DNA from: Hydrolagus affinis
Lineage: Eukaryota
Assembly: GCA_012026655.1 (NCBI GenBank)
Contig: JAAILG010001297.1
Location: 1-64,000, forward strand
Length of the DNA stretch: 64,000 nt
Direction of reading: 5' to 3'
Below are positions 13,477 to 26,147 of the stretch, piece after piece (the first letter of the stretch is position 1; each line of letters begins with the position of its first letter). Made by a program: the position numbers and the translations under genes. Below the pieces are notes generated by a model, which saw nothing but the letters and a program-made list of their open reading frames with translations, did no database searches and was not told the origin of the DNA.

Positions 13477-13925
13477 AAATTATTACATTTGTATAGCACC
13501 TTTCACACCCCAAGGCATTGGACCGTCAATGTTTTAGACCCTAGTTGGGGTCGTGATCGGGGAGGGTGGAGGGAAAAGCGGGGATTTGGGGTGACCCATG
13601 GGATCGTGGAAGAGGAGGGTCTTGAGGCGGGATCTGAAGGAGGCTAGGGAGGGGGCGAGACAGAGGGACTATGGGATGGAATTCCAGAGGTTAGGGACAG
13701 AATGGCTGAAGGCTCACCCGCCGATGGTGGGGCGGGTTGGTCGGGGGACGTGGAGCAGGCTGGAGCCTGCTGGGCAGGTTGGTAGGGGGTCAGGATGTCA
13801 CAGAGGTAGGGTGGGGCAAGGCCATTGAGGGCTTTGAAGGTGAGGCCAGGATCTTGAATTGAATTCTCTGGATGATGGTGGAGAGCCAATGGAGTCAGGA
13901 GAGATTGGGGGAGATGGGATCACAG
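13477..13925 (-). mobile_element. L2 LINE 3' fragment (ORF2 C-terminus and 3' UTR)
   Basis: Minus strand encodes, with frameshifts, PISP..LHWL..RIQFKIL/LTFKALNGLAPPYLCDIL, the L2 ORF2 C-terminal motif. It ends in gtgaaaggtgctatacaaatgtaa. Confidence 0.88.
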
Positions 13926-13951
13926 AGCCGAGAGTGTAAAATGATTTCCAA

Positions 13952-14023
13952 ATGGTGATGTGGAGATTGAACCCACAATCTTCTAACTCAGAGGCGTGAG
14001 CTCGACCACTCAGCCAAGCTGAC
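13952..14023 (-). mobile_element. Old tRNA-derived SINE head (SacSINE1-like)
   Basis: Minus strand gtcagcttggctgagtggtcgagctcacgcctctgagttagaagattgtgggttcaatctcc carries A and B boxes. Confidence 0.65.
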
Positions 14024-14365
14024 GAATGAGTAAGAACACACAAGACAATCACACCTCTTCGTTCACCATGGACGGATCAAGTTAATATCATAAGGAGGGA
14101 TTGTTGCTCATGGTTCCCTCTGCAGTTACACAATCGGATGTGATAACCTGTCAAAACACTTGCAGTTCGAGTTCAATGCCAAGAATTCAATGCCAAAGAG
14201 ACACCAAACGCCCTGACGGGAGACTGCAACCTAGCAAATCCCAGGGTTTTCACTGAGAAGTTATATCTTGCATTTAATCTGATTTGTTTCCCCCCACAGC
14301 AGAAAGTAATGCAGGCTTGGATATGTTGGAGATGTTTAACCATTGGAGTGAAGTCTGACAAGGTC

Positions 14366-14408
14366 GGGAGGGGGGGAGGGGGAGGGGGGGGAGGAGGGAG
14401 GAGGGGGG
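14366..14408 (+). repeat. Purine-only (G/A) tract with G-quadruplex potential
   Basis: Runs of G3 to G8 separated by single A bases. Confidence 0.8.
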
Positions 14409-14649
14409 TAATAATCAGTAGTTTGAACCCTTTTTAAATTTAACCTTAACCCAACCACGGGTAACCAACCGGCTAAAGCAACAGCCCAGCAACACCAAAG
14501 CTAACTGTGGCTCCCGCATTGCTTCCCCGGTTAAGATGGACTAACTCAACGCAGGTTAGCAATACCGATCATGAGGGCATCGCTATTGGCAGATTGTAAG
14601 GGCTTTTTTTTTATATAAAGACACACACTTCCTGTGACAAAGTGCCTGC

Positions 14650-15036
14650 CTGGATCAGATGGTGGCATTCTCACCATTGACCCCATTGAAGGCTTGAGGG
14701 TTCAATCTGAGTGCTTGGAGGAGTGCTGAATTGTTGGCTGTGCCATCTGTTAGATGGGACCTTAAACCGAGGCCAGATCTACCTTTTGTTTTAGTCCTAG
14801 ATCTACCTGTTCAGGTGAACATTAAAGACCCTTGGGTGCTACTTGAAAACCGACTGGAGTCAGGTCATAAAACTGGACCTTCACTTCATGGCTCTTTGTG
14901 GGACTTTGCTGTGTCCAAATTGGATGCCGGGTTTTTCCACAAATACAGTTACTATACTTCACAGAAAATCCAGTGAAGCTTTGAGATGGCTTGTCAATGT
15001 GATGAGGAACTACATCAAATGGAAGGAATATATTGC
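14650..15036 (+). mobile_element. Old near-complete DeuSINE
   Basis: Degenerate tRNA head (gggttcaatc), Deu core ggagtgctgaattgttggctgtgccatctgttagatgggaccttaaaccgaggcc...tcaggtgaacattaaagaccc, then tttgtgggactttgctgtg and the tail. Confidence 0.75.
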
Positions 15037-17514
15037 TATATATGGCCCATTCCAAAGAATGGATACTGTGTTACTCACTGGAGGTCCTTGGACTGATTAA
15101 CAAGTCCACAGGATACAACGGTTCCAATGGTCGAAAAGTGAATAAAACCCCTTCAAAAACACAGTTACCAAGGTCTTTGGATTTCTTTTTGCAATAAACA
15201 ATAGACCACCTCCAATATAAATCAGCCAGTATTAGTTGCAGTTCCAGCAAGCACAGTTTGCTGGAATTATAAGTAATCATTCCATGACTTTGGGAGATAA
15301 TTTATTAGACTGTTAATAATATAGATGCTGTATTATTTGTTACATCTTGTGAAGGAACACATGCCACATTCTGCAACAGAACTGGGGAAACCGGTTATTT
15401 CACTAAATTCCGCCATGGTGCACAAATTACCTTCCACCTCCTTAAACTTTTAGTATAGATCAATGATACATTTTAAGACTCATTGATTCACACTTCCCCT
15501 CACAACCATGGTTTTTTTTTTAAAGAGTGCGTTGCATTAGAAAAAACAATTTTTATCTTGAATATTTTGCCTTTGAAAAATCAACACTTGACATGCAATG
15601 TGACCACCTAAATAAAAAAAACACTTCCAGCATTGTGCCAAGGTCTTCCAACTGTTTAACATTATCATGGTTTATTAGCAATGGTGAAAAGCATTCGGGT
15701 ATTCTTATAAAACAAAGCAGTAGTTAAAAATAATCATTTGTTTTCAGCAGGGACCTAGCACTAACATGAGGGTCCTACTGGCAATTTTATTTGCAGGATT
15801 TGTCCCCCGAGCACAGCATAAGTAGGCTAAGCAATTAAGAATTTCATGCTGATTGCCTGCAGCATGTTTTCCTACGCTATAAAGATAATAGCATGGAAGA
15901 GTGAGTCCTCTTTTTTTCCTCTGGATTCATATTAGTGCTGCATTGGGTATCTGAAGCCTGCTTGTGCTTTATTAAAGTCACACTCGGTGTTAAACGTGTA
16001 ATGAAATCGGCCTCTCTCTCCCACAGACATCATCATGACAGTCGCCTCGCAGCACTCATACCCGTGCACGTTCATACACAAACTTACACACACATACACA
16101 CACACACACACAGTGCCAACACCTCACCTCCACCAATGCTCACAAGAGCTGTTTGCACTACACCACACAACACCAGGCAGAGAGCATAATTTTTCCCCAA
16201 AAACATTTTTCGTAAAACAAATAAACCAAAACAAATCTCCCGAGTGCAACCTTAATGGATTCAAATATTATCCAATGGGTGGTTTTCTAAACCGGCGTGG
16301 AGCATTAAGCAATAATAAGATCGCCTCTGTCTCTCTCTCTCTCTCCTGGACCTTCCCGTTTTGATCAACTCGCAACAGAAAAAAAATGTAACATTTTCCA
16401 GCAAAGCTCCTCCATTTCAGCACATTTAAATTGCAGTCACATCACCCTGCAGAGTGAATGATAATTGCGCCTGGCCAGTAAATTACAACAGCCTCCACAT
16501 CAATTATAACCATCAAGTCAAGCAATGAAGAAAATGAGATCTTGTGACAAATTTCATGAGCCTTGCTACCCAGAGCCTTTCTTAACATTCCGCAGATAGC
16601 AATTCTTTATCGGTGAGAGGTAATGGAAAGGTACAGGGGGTGAGATGAAGGAAGCAATGCAACGACAGTCATTTAATTAAAGCAGGGGGGGAAAAAAATT
16701 CTAATTTATTTTCAGCCACAGGAATACAGAAATTAGAATCGTTTCTGGATACCTTGTCTGAGAGGCTGATGTCACAAGGTTTTCTTTCTCTGCTGTCGCT
16801 CTAAAATATGAAACAATCTGACCCGTCACGTGCTGTAGAACATTTGCAGCAGCAGCAATGTTTAAAGAGGGAGAAAAAAGGACATCACCCCAGGGGCTTT
16901 GCTCCCACACATTAAATGGCTACGGGATCCGAAATGCGACATTCACAAAATAATAAAGCACACATTTGATATATAGCCCTTGATCCCACACACCTTTTGA
17001 TTCAGAGGCACTGAGTGTTATCAATTGAGCCAGGTTAACACGGACTAGTTCTTAGGTGGTGTTAAATGGGATGTAAGATTTGGATGGTAAAAATTGGCCC
17101 TTTTTTTTTGGTGGGGGGACTCTAGAAACCGAGGACCACGTTTTGGTTGGTTTGATGTGGCACGATGTGCGTTTTAGTAAACGGTGGTAGAAGTGAGCCT
17201 TAAAAGTGGATTGGATCTTAAGCCTGATACACAAGTGGCTCGAACGGATCAGCCGTTGGATACAAAAAGGTTAGCAGGGCTGTGAACAAAGAGAGGCAGC
17301 TTTGAAGCGGCAGAATGGTCGGTCAACACACAATTGTACTCAAGGGCCCAAAGAGAAACATGGAATTAGGACTTTGGGGATGCAACAAATGATACTGAAA
17401 GGATGATTTTAAAAGACTGAAAATTCAGAGGGGAAATTAAAAAGAAAACTCAGAGGTAGTGAAGGCCATAGATATAAAAAAAAACTGGGCAATAAAATAG
17501 TTACTAGGGCACTG

Positions 17515-17587
17515 ACCCCCTACCGGGAATCAAACCCAGGTCTCGTTTGCGAAGCATATGCTCTCACCACTGAGTTACAGGACTCCA
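17515..17587 (-). mobile_element. Young SINE tRNA head only
   Basis: ccgggaatcaaacccaggtctcgtttgcg...ccactgagttacaggactcca. Confidence 0.8.
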
Positions 17588-17972
17588 CATGTTGTAATAT
17601 GTTTCCCAATTCTTAATTCCCAATTTGCTCCAAGTTAGCTCCCTGCAGTCACAAGGAGTAGTGAGGGTACCTCAGGTCTTTGGCCTGTTTGGCTGCCAGA
17701 GGCACACTGGTCTAGTGCAAGAAAGGAATCTCTCTTCGGATAGCGTTTCCTTCCAAAATTGCGGCCGGGCGAAGAGCAGCCAAGGATCCAATTCCAACTC
17801 ACCAAACTAGCCAATCCAAAGGTCCAAACTGCAGGCCCAACCTCCCATTCTTTTACTGAGGATTTCAAAAACTACAGATTGCAAACTCGGGCGCGGTTGA
17901 CCGCCCATATATTTAATGGCACAAAATGGAACATCATGGCACTGAGCAGAATGCCCTTTTGAGGGCAATGTT

Positions 17973-17976
<4 letters not shown>

Positions 17977-18003
<27 letters not shown>
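17977..18003. repeat. (CA)n microsatellite
   Basis: Pure AC dinucleotide run. Confidence 0.9.
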
Positions 18004-18855
18004 ATGGGTCAGCAACCAAGCTTCTGAGTAATCCGACATAAATAAAAATCCTACATAATGAAATTCTGTATCACATTGGCATTTAGTGAAGACAGGCCAG
18101 ATTATGCTCTTGGCTGGGTTGACAGACCGTATCGGTGCTTTATTGTACACTGGTCAGACTTGGCAAAGTAGAACATTTCTTTGGAATCCGCAAAGACCCT
18201 GTGTGTGTGTGTCACAGAGAGGAGCAGCAACGAGGCAAATGACACTGTGCTGGAAAGAGACACATCGGACAATGCAAGGTTCTGATGACAGGACTGTTAT
18301 GAACCAAGTCGCTGGTGTTCCCAGGGCAAGCTGCTTATTTGTTTCCCCTATTTTTAGCACACGCTTCTGTGAAAGTTGCACGGGTCAAGCTTTGATTAAA
18401 ACTCATTTTCCAAAAAGCTTTAATCAGGAAGCAGTGAGGGAAAAGAGAAGGGGGGAGGTGGGGGAACCGCTTTAAACTTAACTGCTGTGTAAAGGCTGAG
18501 TCAGCTGATGGTTGCGTTGACTGCAATCCACTGACATTGACGTTCGACACCCACACTGCGGTTAGCCTGAAGACCAGCATCGCACAGCTCGGATTAGTGG
18601 CCAACATCAAAGCAAATTCAACATGACATTTCTGCTTAAAAATCACAGTTTCCCTTTTTACAGGTGTGTAGGTTGAATTTAAAACTCTTTCTCACAAGTA
18701 CACTCACACACACAGAGATGTATATAATATGTACATACATATAGTTACACACTGTAAAAAAATACTCGATCAACCTCTTAAAAATTCCCACCAAACTGGA
18801 ATTTGTTGCCTGGAATGTCATCACTGCCACATACGTTCACATACAACATTATTTT

Positions 18856-18993
18856 ATAATAATCCTTGGATTTGATACAGTGCATTATCACATCTTCGGG
18901 ACGTCTCAAAACGCTACACAGAATATACTGCAAAGTGAATTGACTGTATGTTTTGTGGACAAAATGTGGCAGGCAATCGCACGCAACATAGCC
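18856..18993 (-). mobile_element. Young SINE 3' half
   Basis: ataataatccttggatttgata...gacgtctcaaaacgctacacagaatatactgcaaagtgaattgactgt. Confidence 0.8.
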
Positions 18994-19831
18994 ATGATAT
19001 CTGGACTCAATCCATCCCGGAATTTAAATATCAAATATATCTGGTTCAGGGGACCCTGATTGCCATTAAAAAATAATAAATTGAGTATATCGGACCCTTT
19101 GATGGAAACTTTTTGGGTTCCTAATTCAATAAACAAGCTGACGTCACACTGGTCATCTGAGCGTCATCACCTGAGGCTCTGATTCACTTCGGCGGTAACT
19201 ATATCAATCCCACTACTCAAATCTCCCCCCACTGTCAGGATAAAGGCTGCCCTGACCTGCAGATATTACATAGTGTCCCACAAGTACAATGAATAAAAAG
19301 AAATGAAACTCAATGTAATTCGTTGTAAAAAAAAAAGAGAGTAAATTGTGGGAGACTTCCTTCCGTGCCTCTTTCACGCCGAAAAACTATGGTTAAATGT
19401 GAGGAGATGTAAGAGAAGAAAAAGAGGCGGGTGACAAGGACATATAGCCCACGGGTATTGGCGTTTCTCCACACTGCTGACTGCGATTATATACAATGAC
19501 AACAGAGCTCAATTTAAAGGGACGGTTTAAAAATGTAAAGAAGGCATTTCACGACGTTGTGCCTGCACATTTTAGACAGCATTACCATGAAGACCAGTCC
19601 ATCACTGTAACACCCTATGATATGCAATGACCTCTGATATGTGACAGGCTGTGTATGACTCTTCCCCAGAATGGACAATCCATACAAGACCTGACTTTTT
19701 TTCTTCAGTTGCTCAGGTGAAGCTAACCACGATATAAAAATTGATCCCATCTAAAATGCAATTTTGCTGCATTAACAGGCAAATGTTTATATTTGCCTGA
19801 TCAATCTTAATTTTTTTTAAATTCAGACATA

Positions 19832-20126
19832 CTAAATAATAATAATTTGGTCACTCAGTCCACGGCTGTTTGAGGGACACTGCTAAGCGCAATTGGCTAC
19901 CGTGTTTCACCCACAAAATATGCTGCAATTCTCGCTCCAATTCCATTGTGCAAAACTAGCTGAAAATTATTTTCAGTGGGAGAACAAGAGAGAATAAACA
20001 AAGGCTTTGTTCGACTAACAAAATACACAATCACTACACTTCACAGTATATCCTTTGAAGAGCTTTGAGACATCCTCCCGACATGACAGGGTCTCTATCA
20101 AATGCAGGGATTATTATTATTATAAT
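19832..20126 (+). mobile_element. SINE 3' half split by a non-SINE segment of about 97 bp
   Basis: Body at 19832-19920 and tail at 20018-20126; both junctions carry acaaaata. Confidence 0.7.
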
Positions 20127-21284
20127 TCCAAGTGATGCACATTTGCAAAATAAACTACTCATTGCGATAGCACTCAAACACATCAGTCAGTGCACTCAAG
20201 GCTTAATCCCACACGGTTACATTAATTACCTGATATTTTATAAATATGCAGATTTAGTGACCGACCTCCACTGGTGATGGGCTTTCCAAATTCCTGAGTG
20301 GATTTTTCTAATTGTTTATTTTCGCTTATTGTGGAAAGACAATTTTCATTCCCCTAAGGGTGCTCCCTCTCCAACAGCAACCTCATATATGATTAATGAG
20401 TTTTCCTTTAAAATAAGTTTCTCGCTACGAATCAGACTTAAAAAGAAATTACAGTAGTCCCTGCCAAACTGCGCACTGGACTTTACAAGGAACAAACGAC
20501 GTGGACAGAAATTCCCAAGCTTTTCTTGATGAATCCCCATCCTTTCCACAGCTCAAAATAAAGCTTTTGTTTTCTTTCGTTAAACCATTTCCTGGAGGGG
20601 CAGATTGAAAGCCTTTCTCGTTGAGTTGAGTGGTGAATAGATGAAAAACCAAATCCCAAAGGAAGTTTCGGTAACTCATAGTCTGGTTACAAATAATAAT
20701 AAGAGTTTCTATTTCAGGAGGAAGTCAATGTGTGTGTGATGGTGATGGCTCCTCCAAATTGGAACAATTCATTCCAAATCCTATGCTCTGTATCTTACTC
20801 AGAAATTTAATTTTTTCCTGAAGCGTTTATCTAATTTTCAGTTTAACAGTGAAAAAAAATCTACATTCCGCTAACCATTACTGAAGTAAAAAAATTCAAA
20901 AGATTTCCCTTTTATTCTTCTGGTGATAATCCTCAATTTATGCCCTGTCATTACTGGCTCATGTCTGTCTATCTGTTTGTCTGTCTGTTTTTCTCTCTCA
21001 CTGTTTACCTGAACCAAATCATTCACAGTTCTGGAAGCTTCAATTAGTGGGGGTGGGCGAATAACGGACGTGGAAATATGGGAGGGGAAGGATGGAACTT
21101 ACTCTCATACCATCATATTAAAAAGAACACGTCTCTTCAACTTATACTCCCTAAGTAGCTTCATTAGATGCAACACAACCAAGAGAACAAGTGACAGGGA
21201 ACACTCAAATACGCTTAAGGAAATGACAGCAGCCAGGCAAACCCACAGCAAGTGAAACTCAGCTAAAATTCAGGGCTGGGTGGC

Positions 21285-21437
21285 ACTTGTCTTTCAGCCG
21301 ACAGAATAAAATCCTCCTCCCTCTGCTCTGGCTGTAAATGTCTTGACGCTGAATGGATTTTGGCAGGTCTCAACTTTGTTACCAGTCAGGTCTGGAGCCC
21401 AGAACTGGCCTGAGTTGAGCACTAATTGGCAATTTTG
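21285..21437 (+). mobile_element. Possible LF-SINE-like relic
   Basis: ctctgctctggctgtaa...ggtctcaac...gcactaattggcaa resembles the internal LF-SINE motifs and the element at 54165. Confidence 0.35.
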
Positions 21438-21538
21438 TTCACAGATAACCGAGAAGTGAGATCGGTCAGGAGCGGCCTGTCTGAGGCGGAAAATAAGGGA
21501 ACGTTGAGAGAACAGGGCGCTGGATTCAACACCTAAAC

Positions 21539-21591
21539 CTGAGATAAGGCTCCCAGTAGCTTCTCACTGAGATAAGGCTCCAACTAGCTTC
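21539..21591 (+). repeat. Tandem duplication, 28-bp period
   Basis: ctgagataaggctcccagtagcttc followed by ctgagataaggctccaactagcttc. Confidence 0.85.
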
Positions 21592-24500
21592 GAACTTGGT
21601 GCAATTCCACTGCTGTTAGTGATTCAGACTGGCTGCTATCTCAGACCTGCAACCTCCTTGCGTTCAGGAGTTCAATGTCCCACACCAAAGCCTTGATGCC
21701 GACACCACGGAACCTCAACAATTCAATCCGGTTGACGAAAGCCCACCAAAGATGTGACATTTTCCGTGTAAAACAAAACAACGGTTCCAATTCTTCCTTA
21801 GTTTGACATCTTACACAAACTGCAAATTCTGTTGTGGAGGTAACCTTCCACAAGGAACCCAGTACTCAAATAGTTAAAAGACTTATTCTGTGCACCTTCA
21901 ATTTGCCATTTTCCTTTTTCATATCTTATTCTCACCACCAGGCCCTCGACAGTAGTCCTAATGATACACAGCAAACCCACTGACTGTGAATTGAATTCCT
22001 TTCTAGAGGTTGCTGTGCAAGACTCCGCCCTGCTTCCTTTACTCCAGGTGAGCGAGAATTTCATTCCCTCCTCACTTAATGCATTCGCCCTCTATTTTTA
22101 AATTACCTAATTCGAAAACTTAACCACTGTCTTGTCACCTCATGGCTCTACCTCCAATGTGGAAAATAAGTTTTTATTTCAGTAGCTAATTATTATTTTT
22201 TTTGCTTGGCATCGAATGTCGTAATTATAAGGGAAACTACACAAATACCCCCAAATCTTTTGAGGTTTGAAACTTTTCCAGATTTGACCAGCCTTCTGAG
22301 AATATCTGGACTGGACGCGAGGGAACCATTTCCACAGACTGATCAATAGGTGCAGTTGCTAACTTTAGCTTGTGTCAACGTGATGGATAATTTACAGTGA
22401 TGTGCCACTCTAAATAAAGTGTGATTGTAGTAAGACAGGGTCCCAGTGAATATTAAGAAACCCTTGGGTTGTTGCAAGCTGTCTTTCAAAGTGCTCAATG
22501 CCACCTTTTCCATTGGATGTTTACCACAATTACAGGCTCACAATGGTTGCAGGTTATGTTCAGGGCTGTTGAATCTCTGTTCTCTGTGGCGTTGATATCC
22601 TTTGATAACCAGATTCCCTCCATCCTCCACCACCCACCTCAAAAAGAGGAGAAAGGTTCAGCTCAGTCCCACTGTAAACTATTTACAATCCCGGTCTGTG
22701 TGAGACACTGAAAAGATGCGGTCTCTGTGAATTACAACACCTGCAAAGACCTTAATAATTTGAATGCCCATTAATGCATGGAAGTTCTTTAATTCATTTT
22801 TAATAAAAAGAAAAAAATACATCCTTTCTTTTTCACTCCTCTGCCTGTTATGCCAAAGTGTGGCTTTGGGTATTCAGGTGATTCTCTCAATGCTTCAGAT
22901 TCTGACAAGATTCGAACAGTTTTCAAAAAACAGGAGGTTAATAAGAGAACAAGTCCCCATCAAGCGACTGAGTCTAATTCAACTGACACTGATGAGAATC
23001 AATGTTCCTTCGAATGCATTACTTGGCAGAAACAGGCTTTTGTCCCCAAACTCATCCAGCGAAAATGATGCCCTTCAAACAATAGTAAGAGGTGAAAATA
23101 AAGAGAGACCAGATTTCAGTTTATTCTCTTTCATAGAGCAAATGGATTCTGTGCACTTTATACATTAATCAATCAATAACATGGACAGTGCATCAGGAAC
23201 AAGGCAAAGTTATGAATGACCTTTTAAACAAAAGGACGCTCTAATGCTCATAAGACTGCTCATAGCTTAGGAACTTTCTGGCTTTTATTCTCATGATTAA
23301 CCCTCTGAGGCACTCGGCCATTTTTGCTGCACTAAATGCAGTAATATGACAAGTTTAGTTATTTGTGACAATAAATGGGACACTCCACATAGGGTTATGT
23401 ATATCTGGATGTTTTATATGTTATTTCTATTATTATGCATAGTATTATTGTCGAGTTATTTACACTGATTTGAGCACAATCGTTCTATTCTCAGGACTAT
23501 GAGAGTGGGAGGGCAAAAGTCTGCTTCATAAGGCAAACCTGCCCAGTTTTTCTCTAACCATGGCCTGAACTGGCATTTAACCCTAACCACAGCAAAGAGA
23601 TAAAGACTGAGCAGCGGACTTACACTCGGTTAGATAATGTGTCAGCCAGATGTAATGATCCCACCTCGGTCTAATTCATTTTGACCCCGATCTTCTGGAC
23701 AACGATGCTGTCCAGAGCTTCCATCCTCGTTGATATCTAATTGCTATTTAATTCAAGAATCAATCACAGAACATCATAACCCTACTGTACCGAGACTGGT
23801 AAAACACATCACCCTTGGGGCCATTAACAGCCATAGGCGACAGGTGACCCCCTGCTTCCCTTGTAATTCGCACAAGAAGAAGAGTAGTAACTTGGGGGTT
23901 GTGGTCCGAGAATGCTAAACTTAGGACTTTCATTAGATGAGAGAATCATTTGCCACAAAGAATTAGCAAAACTGCTAATTCACAATAACACGATCGCTGA
24001 ATATTGCAGTATGTAAGAGTATACCAGAGGAAAGAAGGAAAAAAAAATCAATCAATATTAGAGGCTAATATAGAATATAGCGTAAAAAAAATCATTTAAC
24101 TGCAGAGATGTCATCAGCTAAGTGAACAACATAATTAAAACAGTATAGAATATGGTGCAAAAAGCCTTTTAATAGATCTGAGTTTTCTTAAAAGCCCTTA
24201 AGCAAAGAGATTGGAAATGGTGCAAATACATGACCCTGGGAGATTGATGCAAATCACTGTCCTCAGTCACATGAAAGCTAATGAAAGTGGGCCACTGTAA
24301 TGAGATTCAAAGCCTCTCATATTATCCTTATGAAGGCAGACAAAAAAAAATATGTAGAGCTACCAGTGTAATGTTTGAAAATGTGCCCTCTCTGCAGTAC
24401 TGTCGGGAGATTTCACTGAACGCCATCGCAAAGCGCGTCAATATCACTCCCTGCCCTTCACCTCCGGAGAGAACCAGGTACGGAATTGAGCATCAGAAAA

Positions 24501-24769
24501 TTACAGATCAAAGTCAGAGATGTTCTGACTCTTTATTTGTGGTTGGGTTTTTTTGCGGAATCCATTTTGTGCCATTTTGCACGAAAAGCACCGAGGCTGA
24601 TTGTTTGAAGTATTAAATTGAAAAATCTGAAGGTGAATGTGAGGAGTGATGACTCGGATGCTCGACGTTAATCTGCGCCCTGAAATATTACCATTTGGAA
24701 TTCACAGGCATATCCAGCACGTTCCCAATGCCGAGACAGCAGAACAAAACAGCTTGGCTTCAGGGTTGT

Positions 24770-24850
24770 AGATTTGGACATTACAGGGAGGAAGACGAAG
24801 AAATATTTCTTCATCCAGTGGGTAAATAACAACCAGAGAGTGCAACCAGG
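24770..24850 (+). mobile_element. Short CR1 fragment
   Basis: gaagaaatatttcttcatccagtgggtaaataac resembles the CR1 RRHFFTQRVVN region. Confidence 0.4.
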
Positions 24851-25790
24851 TTGCCAGATTCACTTAAAAGAAATAATATGCTACTATAGGGGTAGGATGG
24901 GTATTCTGGAAGAGTGAAATCAAACGCCTGAACCACTCTTGTGATTTTCCTGTCTCGGACCACTCTCCCACTCTTTTTTTAATTAAGAAAACAAACACCA
25001 CCACAATGCAGAACAGAGCAGGCTTTCACCTCAAGCATTTGGATTTAAAAAACTTCTCACTTGTTGGCATATCTATGTCTTTCATCAGCTTTTGGCTCAC
25101 GCATTGAGAAAAGGGCGAAATTAGCTATGGCTCTTGAATACCTGTTGGTGTTGTTTTCGGTCAAACTAGGTACGGAATCAAATCAAAAGGTTCATCCAGG
25201 AGACCAATGTATGATGCGGTGGAATAACGGGAGACTGTCGCAGAGACTTACAACTGGAACACAGAGCATGTGCCGAACGTAGCACAAAAGGGAGGAGGAA
25301 AGATATGAGAGAAAGGGTGTGTGGCCACCAAACTCCTCGTGGGGAATAGTGGCATTGGGAGTGGGCTGGAAACCAAACAGGGTTTCCTTACATGTTCCCG
25401 AAATAGGTTTATTGGACAGTGGAGCCAAATTCCAACAATGCATGTGTTTCTATTGCAGTTTTAATAGAACATCAGTTTCCCACATTAATCTTTCAATCTG
25501 TGTTCTGGGTGTTCAGCGAACTACTGTTGTTTAATCTTGTATTTTAAGAATGCGATTAATTGTGAGTAGTGCTTTTAAAAATGAAAAATAAAGGTACAAA
25601 AAATAGCAATTCTCCCCCATTTCATCCTATTGATGTTTAGTCTGTCCCATTACCATTTGAGGCAAATTATATTTCATTGATATTAAAGCAAAAATAATAT
25701 TCCTTGCGTTTGATCCAGAGAATTTTACATTGACAATGATGTCTAAAAATGTCCTTCATACTATAAAGTGCGGCGACTTTGTAGGCATAT

Positions 25791-26147
25791 TATAATAATA
25801 ATCCTTGCATTTGATATAGTGCCTTATCTGATCTCCAAGACATCTCAAAGTGCTTTACACAAAGTACTGTAAAATGAATTCACTGTATATTTTGTGGGCG
25901 AAATGCAGCAGCCAATTATGTACAGCAGTGTCCCACAAATTGTTATGGATTGAAATGACCAATGTATTATTATTATTTGGAAGGCATCATTATTCACGGA
26001 AAAGCGATCCGCCAATCGACTAACAATCAGATTCCTACTTACTGCTGAGTAAACAGAGGCGTGCGGAGTAAAGCAACTTGCCCAATAATTTGCCATGCCT
26101 GGAAATGAACCCGGGTCTCTCACAGCTCACTGAGCTACAGGACTCCA
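25791..26147 (-). mobile_element. Full-length young SINE, long variant
   Basis: Same head and tail as 9091-9404, plus an extra internal block cctctgtttactcagcagtaagtaggaatctgattgttagtcgattggcgga. Confidence 0.88.

Noticed and set aside
14425-14470. Degenerate TAACC/AACCC repeats as interstitial telomeric sequence
   Set aside because: Too short and degenerate; no run of perfect TTAGGG units.
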